NCBI GenBank assembly: GCA_964584805.1
Contig: CAZPAY010000003.1
Location: 1,889 to 65,888, forward strand
Reading direction: 5' to 3'
Length of the DNA: 64,000 nt
Source: an uncultured Planctomycetales bacterium
GTDB taxonomy: Bacteria; Planctomycetota; UBA1135
Shown: piece by piece, positions 1 through 8,966 of the stretch
Numbering within the stretch: the stretch's first letter is position 1
How the letters are laid out: the number at the start of each line of letters is the position of its first letter
Notes under the pieces: generated by a model
The model's database searches: none
Told to the model about the DNA's origin: nothing
What the model saw: the letters and a program-made list of their open reading frames with translations, nothing else
Made by a program: the position numbers and the translations under genes

Positions 1-2
1 GT

Positions 3-773
3 AACTCTCTCGCACCCGAAGGCACACAACTGCTCTTGCCCGATAGTAAGCCGATGCCTGGCATGTTTGACGACTGCGCCACAGAGGGCATCCGCACGGC
101 CCTATTTGCCGGAAAACCGAAATTTGCGCTTTTCAACGATTCTTGGCACCCCAGCCTCTTCATGGTTGCGCCATGCGAGAAAGAAGAGGATGTCATTGGA
201 CAGCAGAATCTGTTGACTCACAACTTGCTGATGCAATTTGACTCTATGCTCAACTCGCCACTTGAGCAGCACAAACGCAACTTAATCTTCCTGCACTACC
301 TGGGCCCAGATGTGGCTGGGCATATGCATCATTGGAATTTAACCAACGGCTCTGCCTATCGATTGTCGGTGCAGGAAGTCGATCGACAGTTGGGCAAAAT
401 CTTCAAATGGCTTGATGCCCACCCTGAGATTCGCAATCGCACTGCGATTTTGCTCACCTCTGACCACGGCGGCGGCTCACCGGCCAACAACCACCACGGC
501 AACCCACGCATGTGGATTAACTACATCATTCCATTTTTGACTTGGTGTGGAGACGCCGCCAAGGTTGGAACATTGCGGAATAATGATTTATATGCAATTA
601 ATGCAAAAGTTAGAAAAGACCCTTCCCTGAGCAACCCTCACGGCATAGCAAGTGGCTTGCCGCCTATTCGCAATGGCGAAATCGCAAACCTTGCGCGCAT
701 GCTCATGGGCTTACCTTCAGTCAAAGGCTCAACCCTGAATTTCGATCAAGGTTTGCGCATTCACCCCAACTAG
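3..773 (+). CDS. type I phosphodiesterase / nucleotide pyrophosphatase-like (alkaline phosphatase superfamily) protein, 5'-truncated at window edge
   Basis: The frame is open from base 3, with no stop before the listed TTG at 36. Motifs LHYLGPDVAGHMHH and LLTSDHGG match the metal-site motifs of NPP/AP-type phosphoesterases. Confidence 0.55.
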   Translation, partial: NSLAPEGTQLLLPDSKPMPGMFDDCATEGIRTALFAGKPKFALFNDSWHPSLFMVAPCEKEEDVIGQQNLLTHNLLMQFDSMLNSPLEQHKRNLIFLHYLGPDVAGHMHHWNLTNGSAYRLSVQEVDRQLGKIFKWLDAHPEIRNRTAILLTSDHGGGSPANNHHGNPRMWINYIIPFLTWCGDAAKVGTLRNNDLYAINAKVRKDPSLSNPHGIASGLPPIRNGEIANLARMLMGLPSVKGSTLNFDQGLRIHPN

Positions 774-780
774 CAATGCC

Positions 781-2292
781 ATGAGCAAACGCCTCCTCGC
801 ACTCGACCAAGGCACGACCTCAACCCGGGCTATATTGTTTGAGGCCGACGGCACAACGGTGGCTGTAGCCCAGCAAGAATTTCAGCAGCATTACCCGCAA
901 GATGGCTGGGTCGAACATGACCCTGTCGACATCTGGCAAGACAGTCTTTCCGTTTTGCGCGAAGTCCTTGAGCGCGGGAAAACTGCCGCAAAAGATGTGG
1001 CCGCACTTGGCATTACGAATCAACGCGAGACCACGCTTTTATGGGATCGTGAAACAGGAGAGCCGTTACACAACGCCATTGTCTGGCAAGACCGACGCAC
1101 GGCAGAATCATGTGATTCTATGCGTTCAGAGGGGTTTGAGCCTCATTTCCAAAATCGCACGGGCCTTCTACTCGACCCATATTTTTCCGGCACAAAATTA
1201 AACTGGTTGCTCGAAAATATCCCCAGTGCGCGCGAAAGAGCGGAATCTGGACAACTTGCATTTGGCACGATCGACACCTTCTTGCTTTGGCGGCTTACGG
1301 CAGGTGGTGCAGCGCCTCGAGCTGGCGCGGCGCCTCTGCATGCAACCGACACAACAAATGCATCACGCACCTTGATGTATGACTTGCACGACGGTAATTG
1401 GTCAAGTGATTTATGCGAGCGACTCGACATCCCAATGAGCGTGTTGCCCGAGATTCGAAATAGTTCCGGCGACTTCGGCAGTACGCACGCAGATCTTTTC
1501 GGGGCGCCCATTCCAATTAAAGCCATCCTCGGCGATCAACAGGCCGCGCTTGCCGGGCAAGCCTGCTTAAAGCCCGGGCAAATGAAAGCCACTTTCGGCA
1601 CCGGCTGCTTCACTCTTTTTCATACGGGCAAGCACATTTTAAAGTCGAAAAACCGCCTCCTAACAACTGTAGCAAGTCGACGCAACAATCAGGATCAATT
1701 CGCACTCGAAGGCTCTATCTTTCATGCGGGAACGGTAATCCAATGGCTGCGTGATGGCCTGGGTCTTTTTCAAAATACTGCCCAAACCGCTGCTCTCGCT
1801 GAAACGGCTTCTCCAGAAAGGCGCCTTTATCTCGTGCCAGCCTTTACTGGACTTGGCGCACCCCACTGGGCACCTCATGCACGCGGAGCCATCCATGGCA
1901 TTACGCGTGACGCAACGGCAGCCGACTTGGTTCGCGCCGGTCTCGAAGCGGCGGCATTTCAAACGGCCGATTTACTTGACGCGCAAGTGGCAGACGGGGC
2001 AAGCTTGCCAAATATTTTGCGCATTGACGGCGGCATGGCCGCCAACGATTGGTTTGCACAAGCTCTGGCTGACATCACCGGCGTAACCGTCGAGCGGCCA
2101 AGCAACCTTGAAACCACCGCCTGGGGCGCAGCCGCATTCGCGGGCCTCGCAAGCGGGGTGCATAAAAATACTCGTCTTTTGTGCAACAACTGGCGCGCAA
2201 ATGGTCGTTTCAAGCCGACAATGTGCCGCGATGAAGCGGAAAACCGCCGAAATGGCTGGTCTCAGGCCGTCCGCAAAGTGTTGGTGGAATAA
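781..2292 (+). CDS. glpK: glycerol kinase
   Basis: N-terminus LALDQGTTSTRAILF, GWVEHDP, ITNQRETT and the FGGY-family C-terminus; full length 503 aa. Confidence 0.95.
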   Translation: MSKRLLALDQGTTSTRAILFEADGTTVAVAQQEFQQHYPQDGWVEHDPVDIWQDSLSVLREVLERGKTAAKDVAALGITNQRETTLLWDRETGEPLHNAIVWQDRRTAESCDSMRSEGFEPHFQNRTGLLLDPYFSGTKLNWLLENIPSARERAESGQLAFGTIDTFLLWRLTAGGAAPRAGAAPLHATDTTNASRTLMYDLHDGNWSSDLCERLDIPMSVLPEIRNSSGDFGSTHADLFGAPIPIKAILGDQQAALAGQACLKPGQMKATFGTGCFTLFHTGKHILKSKNRLLTTVASRRNNQDQFALEGSIFHAGTVIQWLRDGLGLFQNTAQTAALAETASPERRLYLVPAFTGLGAPHWAPHARGAIHGITRDATAADLVRAGLEAAAFQTADLLDAQVADGASLPNILRIDGGMAANDWFAQALADITGVTVERPSNLETTAWGAAAFAGLASGVHKNTRLLCNNWRANGRFKPTMCRDEAENRRNGWSQAVRKVLVE

Positions 2293-2368
2293 CTGCAGCT
2301 GCCAGTTAGAGACATAGAAAACTCAAATAAAAGGGTAATTCCCCTGAATATTGCCCCATAATGAGTGC

Positions 2369-2662
2369 ATGAGATTTTCCTCCCTCGTCCTCTCTGCCTT
2401 GGCTGTGGCCGCACTCTCTGCGACCGCTTCAGCCACGCCTCAATGATGCCCCGCTCCTACTTACCAGGGTCCTGGTGATACAAGCGCTCCTGGCGGAGGC
2501 GGTGCTCCCGCTCCCGCCGCTCCTGCGGCTCCCGGCGCTCCGGGTGGTTCAACCGGTGGTGCTCCCGCTGCCCCAGCTGGTCCAGTCGGTCCCGCTACCG
2601 GTGGCGGCTCTGCCCCGCGCCTGCATGTCGTCCATGGCAAAACTTCGAAGAAAATTCTCCAG
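2369..2662 (+). other. in-frame upstream extension of the 2663 ORF: signal peptide, TGA (2444..2446), then a Cys + Pro/Ala/Gly-rich linker; candidate Sec-recoded N-terminus
   Basis: The ATG at 2369 encodes MRFSSLVLSALAVAALSATASATPQ (signal peptide, ASA cleavage site). It is followed by TGA in the same frame as ORF 2663..3340. The frame stays open for 72 codons (CPAPTYQGPGDTSAPGGGG...) with no ATG/GTG/TTG start codon before the ATG at 2663. Confidence 0.4.
2461..2478 (+). promoter_or_regulatory. SECIS-like hairpin downstream of TGA 2444..2446
   Basis: 7-bp stem UUACCAG/CUGGUGA (one G-U pair) with a 4-nt loop GGUC. The stem starts 14 nt after the TGA; the loop lies at nt 22-25 after it. Confidence 0.35.
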
Positions 2663-3340
2663 ATGCCTTGGGACTACCCCGTCTTCCACAAGCCTCAGGA
2701 AAAAGATTCGCCCACGAGTGGAACGGTTGCTTCTGGGCCACGCGAGGCTTTACCACGCGAGCGTGCTTACGCTGAAATTTCTGGCGGTGATTTAAGGCCT
2801 CTATTGATACTTAGAGAGTGTGAAACTTGCAATGGTACCGATGATGCCTTGCTTTCAAAAGGCAATGATAATCAACGCACTTTCTTGATGGCTCGATGGT
2901 TTCATTGTGTAAAGCTACCTACGCACATCACCGAGGTTGACCACCCTTTCCACGCTTTGTTTGCCGACAAACACCCGCCCCATCTCTTTGTCAGTGATTA
3001 CGACGGCTCCAATGCAATTCCACTCAAAGGTGATCAATCACGCAGCGAGTTGTGGGCGGCCATGGACTCAGTCCTTGAGCGCTCTTACAAAAAGAGTCCG
3101 CAAAAAGCCCTTCGCGAATTGAACAAAATCATTTCGCAATACGATCGCTGGGATGCCGACGAAAAGCGCTTGCTTGAGCAAATTGATGCAGAAATCGAAA
3201 GGAAGGGTCCAAAATCTTCTAAACTGAAGAAGTTAAACAAAAGTCTAAACGCAGTGCGTCTCAAGAAAGAGAGGGTCACTGAGAAAGAAAAGAATGTTTC
3301 CGAACTCATCCTTACCGTTAAGCCGAAAGCTACTGAGTAA
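2663..3340 (+). CDS. thioredoxin-fold protein with CxxC (CETC) motif; conservative ATG-start model
   Basis: PLLILRECETCNGTDDALL...WFHCVKL...PPHLFVSDYDGSNAIPLKG fits a thioredoxin-like fold. The C-terminus is a Lys/Glu-rich coiled region. The true N-terminus may be at 2369 via TGA recoding. Confidence 0.6.
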   Translation: MPWDYPVFHKPQEKDSPTSGTVASGPREALPRERAYAEISGGDLRPLLILRECETCNGTDDALLSKGNDNQRTFLMARWFHCVKLPTHITEVDHPFHALFADKHPPHLFVSDYDGSNAIPLKGDQSRSELWAAMDSVLERSYKKSPQKALRELNKIISQYDRWDADEKRLLEQIDAEIERKGPKSSKLKKLNKSLNAVRLKKERVTEKEKNVSELILTVKPKATE

Positions 3341-4568
3341 ACCCTCTAGTTTTCGCTTCCAACTCGGCCTGCTGGTTTGTCTTTTGACGAGCTTGCAGGC
3401 CGAGCCTCTATTTGCTTCCCAAGACAAGACAGATGTAATTGGGCCTGACCCCTATACAGAAGAAGACCCTGCTCTCATGGAAGCGGCTGGCATCGTTTCC
3501 TTCGCACCATTCGCTTTTATCGGGCAACAGAAGACCGAAAAAATCGAATTGGTATTGGGCAACATCGAACTTCTTTGGGTAGAAACAGAGCATTTCCGCA
3601 TTGGTTCTTCACTCCCAAAGACATCGCTTGGCGCGAGCCAAAAAGACAAAAAGGCGATGCTTCAAGAAATCAAAGAGCTACGCAAGTTGTTGCCCAACAT
3701 TCCGAAAAAGCCAAAGAAGCTTGACCCTTGGCTGCGCGTACACCTCTATGCCAGCCGTCTCGAAAAACTTTACCAAGACATTTCCAACCGTCTTGATGTG
3801 CCGCCTGGTTATTGGCCAACGGCTCCCGCCCAGCTTCCTGGAAACGAATACCGTGGTGAAGGGCCCTATCTAGGCATGCAGGACAAATTCACGATTCTGC
3901 TACTCGAAAAGCAAAGCGGCATTTCGCGCTTCGGATCTGCCTTCGCCGGTACCGACCCCAAAGGCCCGCTTGCATGGTGTTTCGGAAAAGAGGGCACACT
4001 CTTCTTCGGGACGGCCTGCGAAGAAGCGGAAAAGACTTTTTACAACGATGCCTTAATGCACGCCCATGTTACTTTTCATGTGACACGCAACATTATTGGT
4101 GGCATTAAGCATTATGGCTTTAACCCCCCATTTTGGTGGCATGAGGGGCTGGCACATTGGTATGCCAGGCGTGTCAATCCAGACTCCAACAATTTTTCAA
4201 AAGTAAACGATGGCGATGTCGACCTCCGCGATGAAACCAACTGGGAGCCCAAAATCCGTGCTCGCGTTAAACACAAGTACTTCCCCACAGCAGAGCAACT
4301 CATCACTCGCGAAGACTGGACAGGAGTCACTTTCACGGAGACCATGATGATGTGGTCCCGCGTCGACTACCTCATGTCTTTAGGCGATGCAGGCTTCTCC
4401 ACTTTCATGCTCGGCGTTTCAGGCCGCATTAACGATGAGATTAACCCAAGCCACGCAACCATGGTCAACGCCCAAAGCAAGCTCCTCGATAAAGCGTGGC
4501 GATTGAGCTATACAAGTTTTGACGAAAAGTGGGCCAAGTGGGTTTTGAAAAACTACTCAAAAAGATAA
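3294..4568 (+). CDS. secreted hypothetical protein, tentatively peptidase-MA-like / DUF1570-like
   Basis: Signal-like segment FRFQLGLLVCLLTSLQA. WWHEGLAHWY resembles the EGLAxY motif of MA-clan-like domains. Overlaps the previous gene by 47 nt, so the start is uncertain. Confidence 0.5.
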   Translation: MFPNSSLPLSRKLLSKPSSFRFQLGLLVCLLTSLQAEPLFASQDKTDVIGPDPYTEEDPALMEAAGIVSFAPFAFIGQQKTEKIELVLGNIELLWVETEHFRIGSSLPKTSLGASQKDKKAMLQEIKELRKLLPNIPKKPKKLDPWLRVHLYASRLEKLYQDISNRLDVPPGYWPTAPAQLPGNEYRGEGPYLGMQDKFTILLLEKQSGISRFGSAFAGTDPKGPLAWCFGKEGTLFFGTACEEAEKTFYNDALMHAHVTFHVTRNIIGGIKHYGFNPPFWWHEGLAHWYARRVNPDSNNFSKVNDGDVDLRDETNWEPKIRARVKHKYFPTAEQLITREDWTGVTFTETMMMWSRVDYLMSLGDAGFSTFMLGVSGRINDEINPSHATMVNAQSKLLDKAWRLSYTSFDEKWAKWVLKNYSKR

Positions 4569-4703
4569 GAGAACAATACGCGCTTTGATTGCGTTGTATG
4601 ATTAAGCTCCACACCCTATTACGGGACAAAAATACCATGTTGTCAATACTACTCACCTGCCTAATCGCTGCTCCCGCTCAGCAATCCACACCAGAACTCT
4701 GCA

Positions 4704-6158
4704 TTGAAGTCGCTCCGCCGTGGCGTGGGTTGGGTCGCAAATCAAATGCCTTCGGAAGTCCGCGAGCGCTTCATTGAGATGGACCTCAGCCTGCTTCAAG
4801 CGGCTAGCCTCGTCCCTGACGCAAAGCGCACGATTATCAACCTTTTCGACGATGTACGCCCGGTTGCTGTTTTTGAAAGTCAAAGCAAAGGAACAAATGG
4901 CGCATGGATCTGGACGGCACGCCTCGAAGGCGATGATGATGGTGATTTTGTTTTGGTTTCAACCAATGGCTCAGTGGCTGCGACACTGCGCTGGCAAGAC
5001 AAGCTATACAAAATTGACGGCACTCATCTTGGTGGGCATGTCGCTTGGGAATCCGACCAAACGGCTTACCCCGAATGTGCGACCGGCCTGGCTCAATCCG
5101 TACACTCTCATAAGAGCGAACGCGGGTCAAAAAACAGTTCAGTCCCTACTGCTGGAAACCCAGATATCGATGTCATGGTCGTTTACACGGCCGCGGCACG
5201 GGCTGCTCAAGGCGGCACAAATGCGATGAATTCACTTATCAACCTTGCTGTTACAGAAACGAATCAAGCTTACAGTGCGAGTCAGGTTGATCAAGAATTG
5301 ATTTTGGTTCACAGTGCCGAATTGTCAAATTACACTTCCAGCTCTGATTTTGGCACAGAGTTGGGCCGCCTCAAAAGCACAAACGATGGAAAGATGGATG
5401 AGGTGCATGACTGGCGAGAGCAATACGGCGCCGACTTGGTTTGTGAAATCGTTTCGGGTTCCCAATACTGTGGGATTGCTTACTTGATGACCAATGTATC
5501 GCATAGTTTTCGCTCGAGTGCTTTTTCCGTCGTCGCGCGCAGCTGCGCCACAGGCTATTACAGTTTTGGTCATGAACTAGGCCACAACATGGGCTCAACC
5601 CACGACCGCGGCAACGCTGGCTCTGGCGCTTACAGTTATTCTTTCGGTTTTCGCACAAGCAACAATCGCTATCGCACGATTATGGCCTACTCACCGGGCA
5701 CGCGAATAAAGAAATTCTCCAACCCATATGTCACCCATTCCGGCTACGCCATGGGCGCAGTGAATTCTGAAGAAAACTGGCGATCGCTCAATAATGCAGC
5801 CAGCACCGTGGCGGGCTGGTATGACAGCGCCGGCGGTGGTGGCGAGCGCTACACCGTGACAAATCTCATTTCTGGGGGCACTGCCACGCTAACCGCCACA
5901 GAATGCACACTTCTTTCTGATGTGGTCTTCTGCTACTCACTTACTGGCCCTGGCCCGACCAATACCGCCTATGGGCAATTATTGATGAGTTCACCGATTC
6001 AGCACATGCCGCCCGTTGATGTCTTCGGAGACACCGCGACGACGCAAGCCCCTGTCCCACCAGGGCTTAGCGGAGTCACCGTCTGGACACAAGCTATTGA
6101 GCTTGGCTATTGGGGCACTAGTGAAGTGACCAATGGCATAGAAATCACAATCCAATAA
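4704..6158 (+). CDS. reprolysin-like zinc metalloprotease (metzincin)
   Basis: FGHELGHNMGSTHD is an HExxHxxGxxH motif, and a RTIMAY Met-turn candidate follows. The listed start is TTG; the ATG at 4746 is an alternative. Neither start gives a signal peptide. Confidence 0.75.
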   Translation: MKSLRRGVGWVANQMPSEVRERFIEMDLSLLQAASLVPDAKRTIINLFDDVRPVAVFESQSKGTNGAWIWTARLEGDDDGDFVLVSTNGSVAATLRWQDKLYKIDGTHLGGHVAWESDQTAYPECATGLAQSVHSHKSERGSKNSSVPTAGNPDIDVMVVYTAAARAAQGGTNAMNSLINLAVTETNQAYSASQVDQELILVHSAELSNYTSSSDFGTELGRLKSTNDGKMDEVHDWREQYGADLVCEIVSGSQYCGIAYLMTNVSHSFRSSAFSVVARSCATGYYSFGHELGHNMGSTHDRGNAGSGAYSYSFGFRTSNNRYRTIMAYSPGTRIKKFSNPYVTHSGYAMGAVNSEENWRSLNNAASTVAGWYDSAGGGGERYTVTNLISGGTATLTATECTLLSDVVFCYSLTGPGPTNTAYGQLLMSSPIQHMPPVDVFGDTATTQAPVPPGLSGVTVWTQAIELGYWGTSEVTNGIEITIQ

Positions 6159-6193
6159 TCGTTGGCTCAGGGGCAGCAGCCGCCCCAAATGCT

Positions 6194-6232
6194 TACGGGG
6201 CACTGACTTAGGTCAGTGCCCCGTGCTCGTTT
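6194..6232 (+). terminator. intrinsic terminator-like hairpin (13-bp perfect stem, loop TTAG) followed by a T-run
   Basis: ACGGGGCACTGAC-TTAG-GTCAGTGCCCCGT then GCTCGTTTT. It lies between the metalloprotease stop and the 3' end of tRNA-Pro and may act on both strands. Confidence 0.6.
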
Positions 6233-6251
6233 TATGGCGAAAGCCACAACC

Positions 6252-6329
6252 TCAGAAAAGATGGTCGGGGCGAGAAGATTCGAACTTCCGACCTCTGCAA
6301 CCCCATTGCAGCGCGCTAGCCAGGCTGCG
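6252..6329 (-). tRNA. tRNA-Pro (anticodon GGG)
   Basis: The reverse complement folds as a cloverleaf: acceptor CGGGGCG/CGCCCCG, D-stem GCGC/GCGC, anticodon stem CTGCA/TGCAG with loop AUGGGGU, T-arm GGAAG-TTCGAAT-CTTCT, and an encoded CCA. Confidence 0.9.
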
Positions 6330-6476
6330 CTACGCCCCGGACACCTTTCTGAACGGCTAAAAACCGCTCGTGAGGGCGCAAAGTGTACCCCCGCGCCCAT
6401 TATTTCGAAAGAATTTACTTAAGTGATGGATTCGTCATCCGCTGAAGGGGTGCGCCAAAAAACCGGCGCCAAATTG

Positions 6477-8471
6477 ATGATGAAGTCCATTCCAAAACTC
6501 CTCTTTCTGCTCATGGCATTGACCATGACGCAGCTTTCTTGTGTCGCCGCGCCAGAAGACGACACATCCGCAAATCAACCTCAAGATCCAGGTGCAGACC
6601 AGGATGATGGCTCAAATGGTGGAATGGGTGGAGAGGAGGGCAACGAAGGCGATGATGAATCACCCAACGGTGACGAGGACTCGAACGAGGACAATGCCGT
6701 AGCCGTAGTCGAAGGCTCCTTCCGCATTCATGCCGACGACCTCACTACTCCTGCTGGCACAAACATCTTGGGCATCTCCAGCAACTTTGCTTGGCCCAAG
6801 GCTCTTGAGATGTACGGTGAGGCCGGTGGCCGAGGAGGCCTCTATCGCAAGTTCATCAATATGTTCGCTGGAGGTCACAATCTAGGCCGAGACATCCTGG
6901 CCGCAAAAGAAGCTGGCATGCGTAGCATGATTACGATCCACGGCACGCCTTATGATTTGGCAACCAATTTTGAAGGAGAAGAGCTTGCTCCACACTTTCC
7001 AATTTACGCTCGTTCGATGCCATCAGATTTGAATGAGTACTCAAATCGAGTTGTGGATCGCATCCGTTTAATGGAATTGAATTACGGTGTGATTCCAGAC
7101 TACCTCGAGGTTTGGGGCGAACCTGATATCCAGCATTACTGGAGCGGAACCCTAGAGGATTACCTTGAGCTTTACGAAGCCCTCTCTACAAAGGTACGCC
7201 AGAATTATCCAAGCATCAAGATTGGTGGGATGGGTGTCGCAACCTGGCGCTCCAAAATGGGTGGGGATCAACCCGCATTGCTTTCCCTTGCTGAGCGCGC
7301 AAAAGAGCGTGGCCTTCCCCTCGCATTCATTTCCTGGCACAACTACACCACTTCAAGTGAGCTTCTTCGAAGCAAATGGTGTGAAACGGCTCGCGCCAAA
7401 TTAGATGAACTTGAATTCAACCAAACTGAGTTGATGATGACGGAATGGAACCTACACGATGCAACTCAAGGTGCGACGGTTCGCCACGACCGCTCAAACT
7501 CAGCGGCTAGCTTTGCCGGTTTCATGACCACGGCCATCCAAACGGGTATCGACAATGCAGTCTTCTTCAAATTGCAAGACGACCCTTCTGACGACTTCAC
7601 AGGTGGAAGCGTGGGCGCAATCACACACCGAGGCGTGAAGAAACCTGCCTTCCGCGTTATGGAGGAATTCATCCCGATGATGCAAGAATCGCGTGCCCGC
7701 ACAGAGCGTTACGAGGACGAATACAGCCTTCAAGTCCTTTCAACTCGATCTGGCAATCGTTTGCGCATCGTCCTGTCGAATGCCGTCCAAGATGTGGAAT
7801 GGAGTTTCGCTTCAGCGTGCCGCGACAAAGGCTATCTCGCCGGTGTCTTGTGGAAAATGTACAAAACTGCCGTGGAAGAAGAAGGCCATGAAGCACCTGG
7901 CCAGGCATCCTTGATGGCCGCGGGAATGACCGAAGAAGAGGCTACCTTCACCCAAGACTTGCAAGCACACTTGCGGCAAGTGGCTGACTGGAACAAATCA
8001 AGCCGACCCGTTGAAATCGAAATCAATGCAAGTGGAAATGTGCAAGTGTCTCGAGTCGTTCGATTCGACAGTGAGCACAACTCACCAGCAGATCATTTGG
8101 ACGCTTTGAGGCCACACTTGGAAGATGCAGAACGCCTCGCACGAAGCATCGCCCACATAAAAACCGTAGAAGAAATCAACTTGATGGGCTACTCGGTCAC
8201 GGTCGAAGAACTTGATTCTTACGAGGGCAGTTTGGAGGCCTTGTCGAATCGAGTCGGTATGACTCATGAGGAAAAACGCCACATCAGCAGATACCAAAAC
8301 GAAGCCACTTTCGAAGCACGGCTAGAAAGCGAGACCTTGTTGAACTCTCTTCCTGAAACAGCGCTTCACATCGAAAGTGCAAGTGAAGCAGGAGTTAGCT
8401 TGAGCGGCAACAGGCTGTTACTCGACATCGAACCCCAAGCGGTTACCGTAATCGATATCCAGCTGAATTAA
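6477..8471 (+). CDS. lipoprotein with acidic linker and TIM-barrel glycoside-hydrolase-like domain (clan GH-A-like)
   Basis: MMKSIPKLLFLLMALTMTQLSC is a lipobox. A D/E/G/N-rich linker follows. LEVWGEPD and LMMTEWN resemble acid/base and nucleophile motifs, though the usual NEP is GEP here. The listed GTG at 6423 was rejected in favour of the ATG at 6477. Confidence 0.5.
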   Translation: MMKSIPKLLFLLMALTMTQLSCVAAPEDDTSANQPQDPGADQDDGSNGGMGGEEGNEGDDESPNGDEDSNEDNAVAVVEGSFRIHADDLTTPAGTNILGISSNFAWPKALEMYGEAGGRGGLYRKFINMFAGGHNLGRDILAAKEAGMRSMITIHGTPYDLATNFEGEELAPHFPIYARSMPSDLNEYSNRVVDRIRLMELNYGVIPDYLEVWGEPDIQHYWSGTLEDYLELYEALSTKVRQNYPSIKIGGMGVATWRSKMGGDQPALLSLAERAKERGLPLAFISWHNYTTSSELLRSKWCETARAKLDELEFNQTELMMTEWNLHDATQGATVRHDRSNSAASFAGFMTTAIQTGIDNAVFFKLQDDPSDDFTGGSVGAITHRGVKKPAFRVMEEFIPMMQESRARTERYEDEYSLQVLSTRSGNRLRIVLSNAVQDVEWSFASACRDKGYLAGVLWKMYKTAVEEEGHEAPGQASLMAAGMTEEEATFTQDLQAHLRQVADWNKSSRPVEIEINASGNVQVSRVVRFDSEHNSPADHLDALRPHLEDAERLARSIAHIKTVEEINLMGYSVTVEELDSYEGSLEALSNRVGMTHEEKRHISRYQNEATFEARLESETLLNSLPETALHIESASEAGVSLSGNRLLLDIEPQAVTVIDIQLN

Positions 8472-8959
8472 GACTCAAAGCAATAAACGCCCCGCTGCCC
8501 CGGGGTCTCTTCCACCGCGACTTCAAGCGCATGGACAGAGACTCCGGGGAAAGCGCGTTCTAGGCGTGTGCGTAGGTGCCGACCGACCCAAGCGGCCAAG
8601 TTTTCGGCAGATGTGTTATTGATGGGCAGAATCAAAACATCAGCAGATGGTGCGGCGTAATAGCGCTCGCGATAACGCACTTCGACGACATCGTCATCGC
8701 GCTTGGTAATTTGCAACTCTTGGTGCTCGCCCGGGATCAACCAGCGCTCATCAAGCTCACCCACCAACTCACGGACGACCGGCTTAACCTTTTGGAAATC
8801 CAAAACCAAACCATGCTCGCACAAGTTGCCCCGAACTTTTACATAAACCCGATAGTTATGACCATGTAAACGCTCGGCCGTGCCGTCGGGGAAAATCAAA
8901 AAATGGGCGGATGAGAACTTGAGGTTCTCTTTATCAACTTCGATGGACCAGCTTTCCAT
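8468..8959 (-). CDS. 6-pyruvoyl-tetrahydropterin synthase / QueD-family protein
   Basis: Motifs FSSAHF, ERLHGHNYRVYV, GLVLDF and NTSAENLAAW are typical of the PTPS/QueD fold. Confidence 0.8.
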   Translation of the reverse strand: MESWSIEVDKENLKFSSAHFLIFPDGTAERLHGHNYRVYVKVRGNLCEHGLVLDFQKVKPVVRELVGELDERWLIPGEHQELQITKRDDDVVEVRYRERYYAAPSADVLILPINNTSAENLAAWVGRHLRTRLERAFPGVSVHALEVAVEETPGQRGVYCFES

Positions 8960-8966
8960 TTGCTTA

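Noticed and set aside
2475-2795. 106-aa ORF in an alternative frame over the Pro/Ala/Gly-coding stretch
   Set aside because: It is a Leu/Pro/Arg-rich shadow of GC-rich low-complexity DNA, with no start context, and it overlaps the thioredoxin-fold gene.
4120-4160. HEGLAH in the 3294..4568 protein as a zinc-protease HExxH motif
   Set aside because: The spacing is HExxxH, not HExxH. It fits better as the EGLAxY-type motif of MA-like domains, so no protease call was made on that basis.
6216-6422. 68-aa plus-strand ORF
   Set aside because: It is the antisense of tRNA-Pro and its flanks; the tRNA fully explains the region.
6160-8500. tRNA-Pro as an integration site for a genomic island
   Set aside because: No integrase, no direct repeat of the tRNA 3' end and no obvious compositional break were seen in the flanks.
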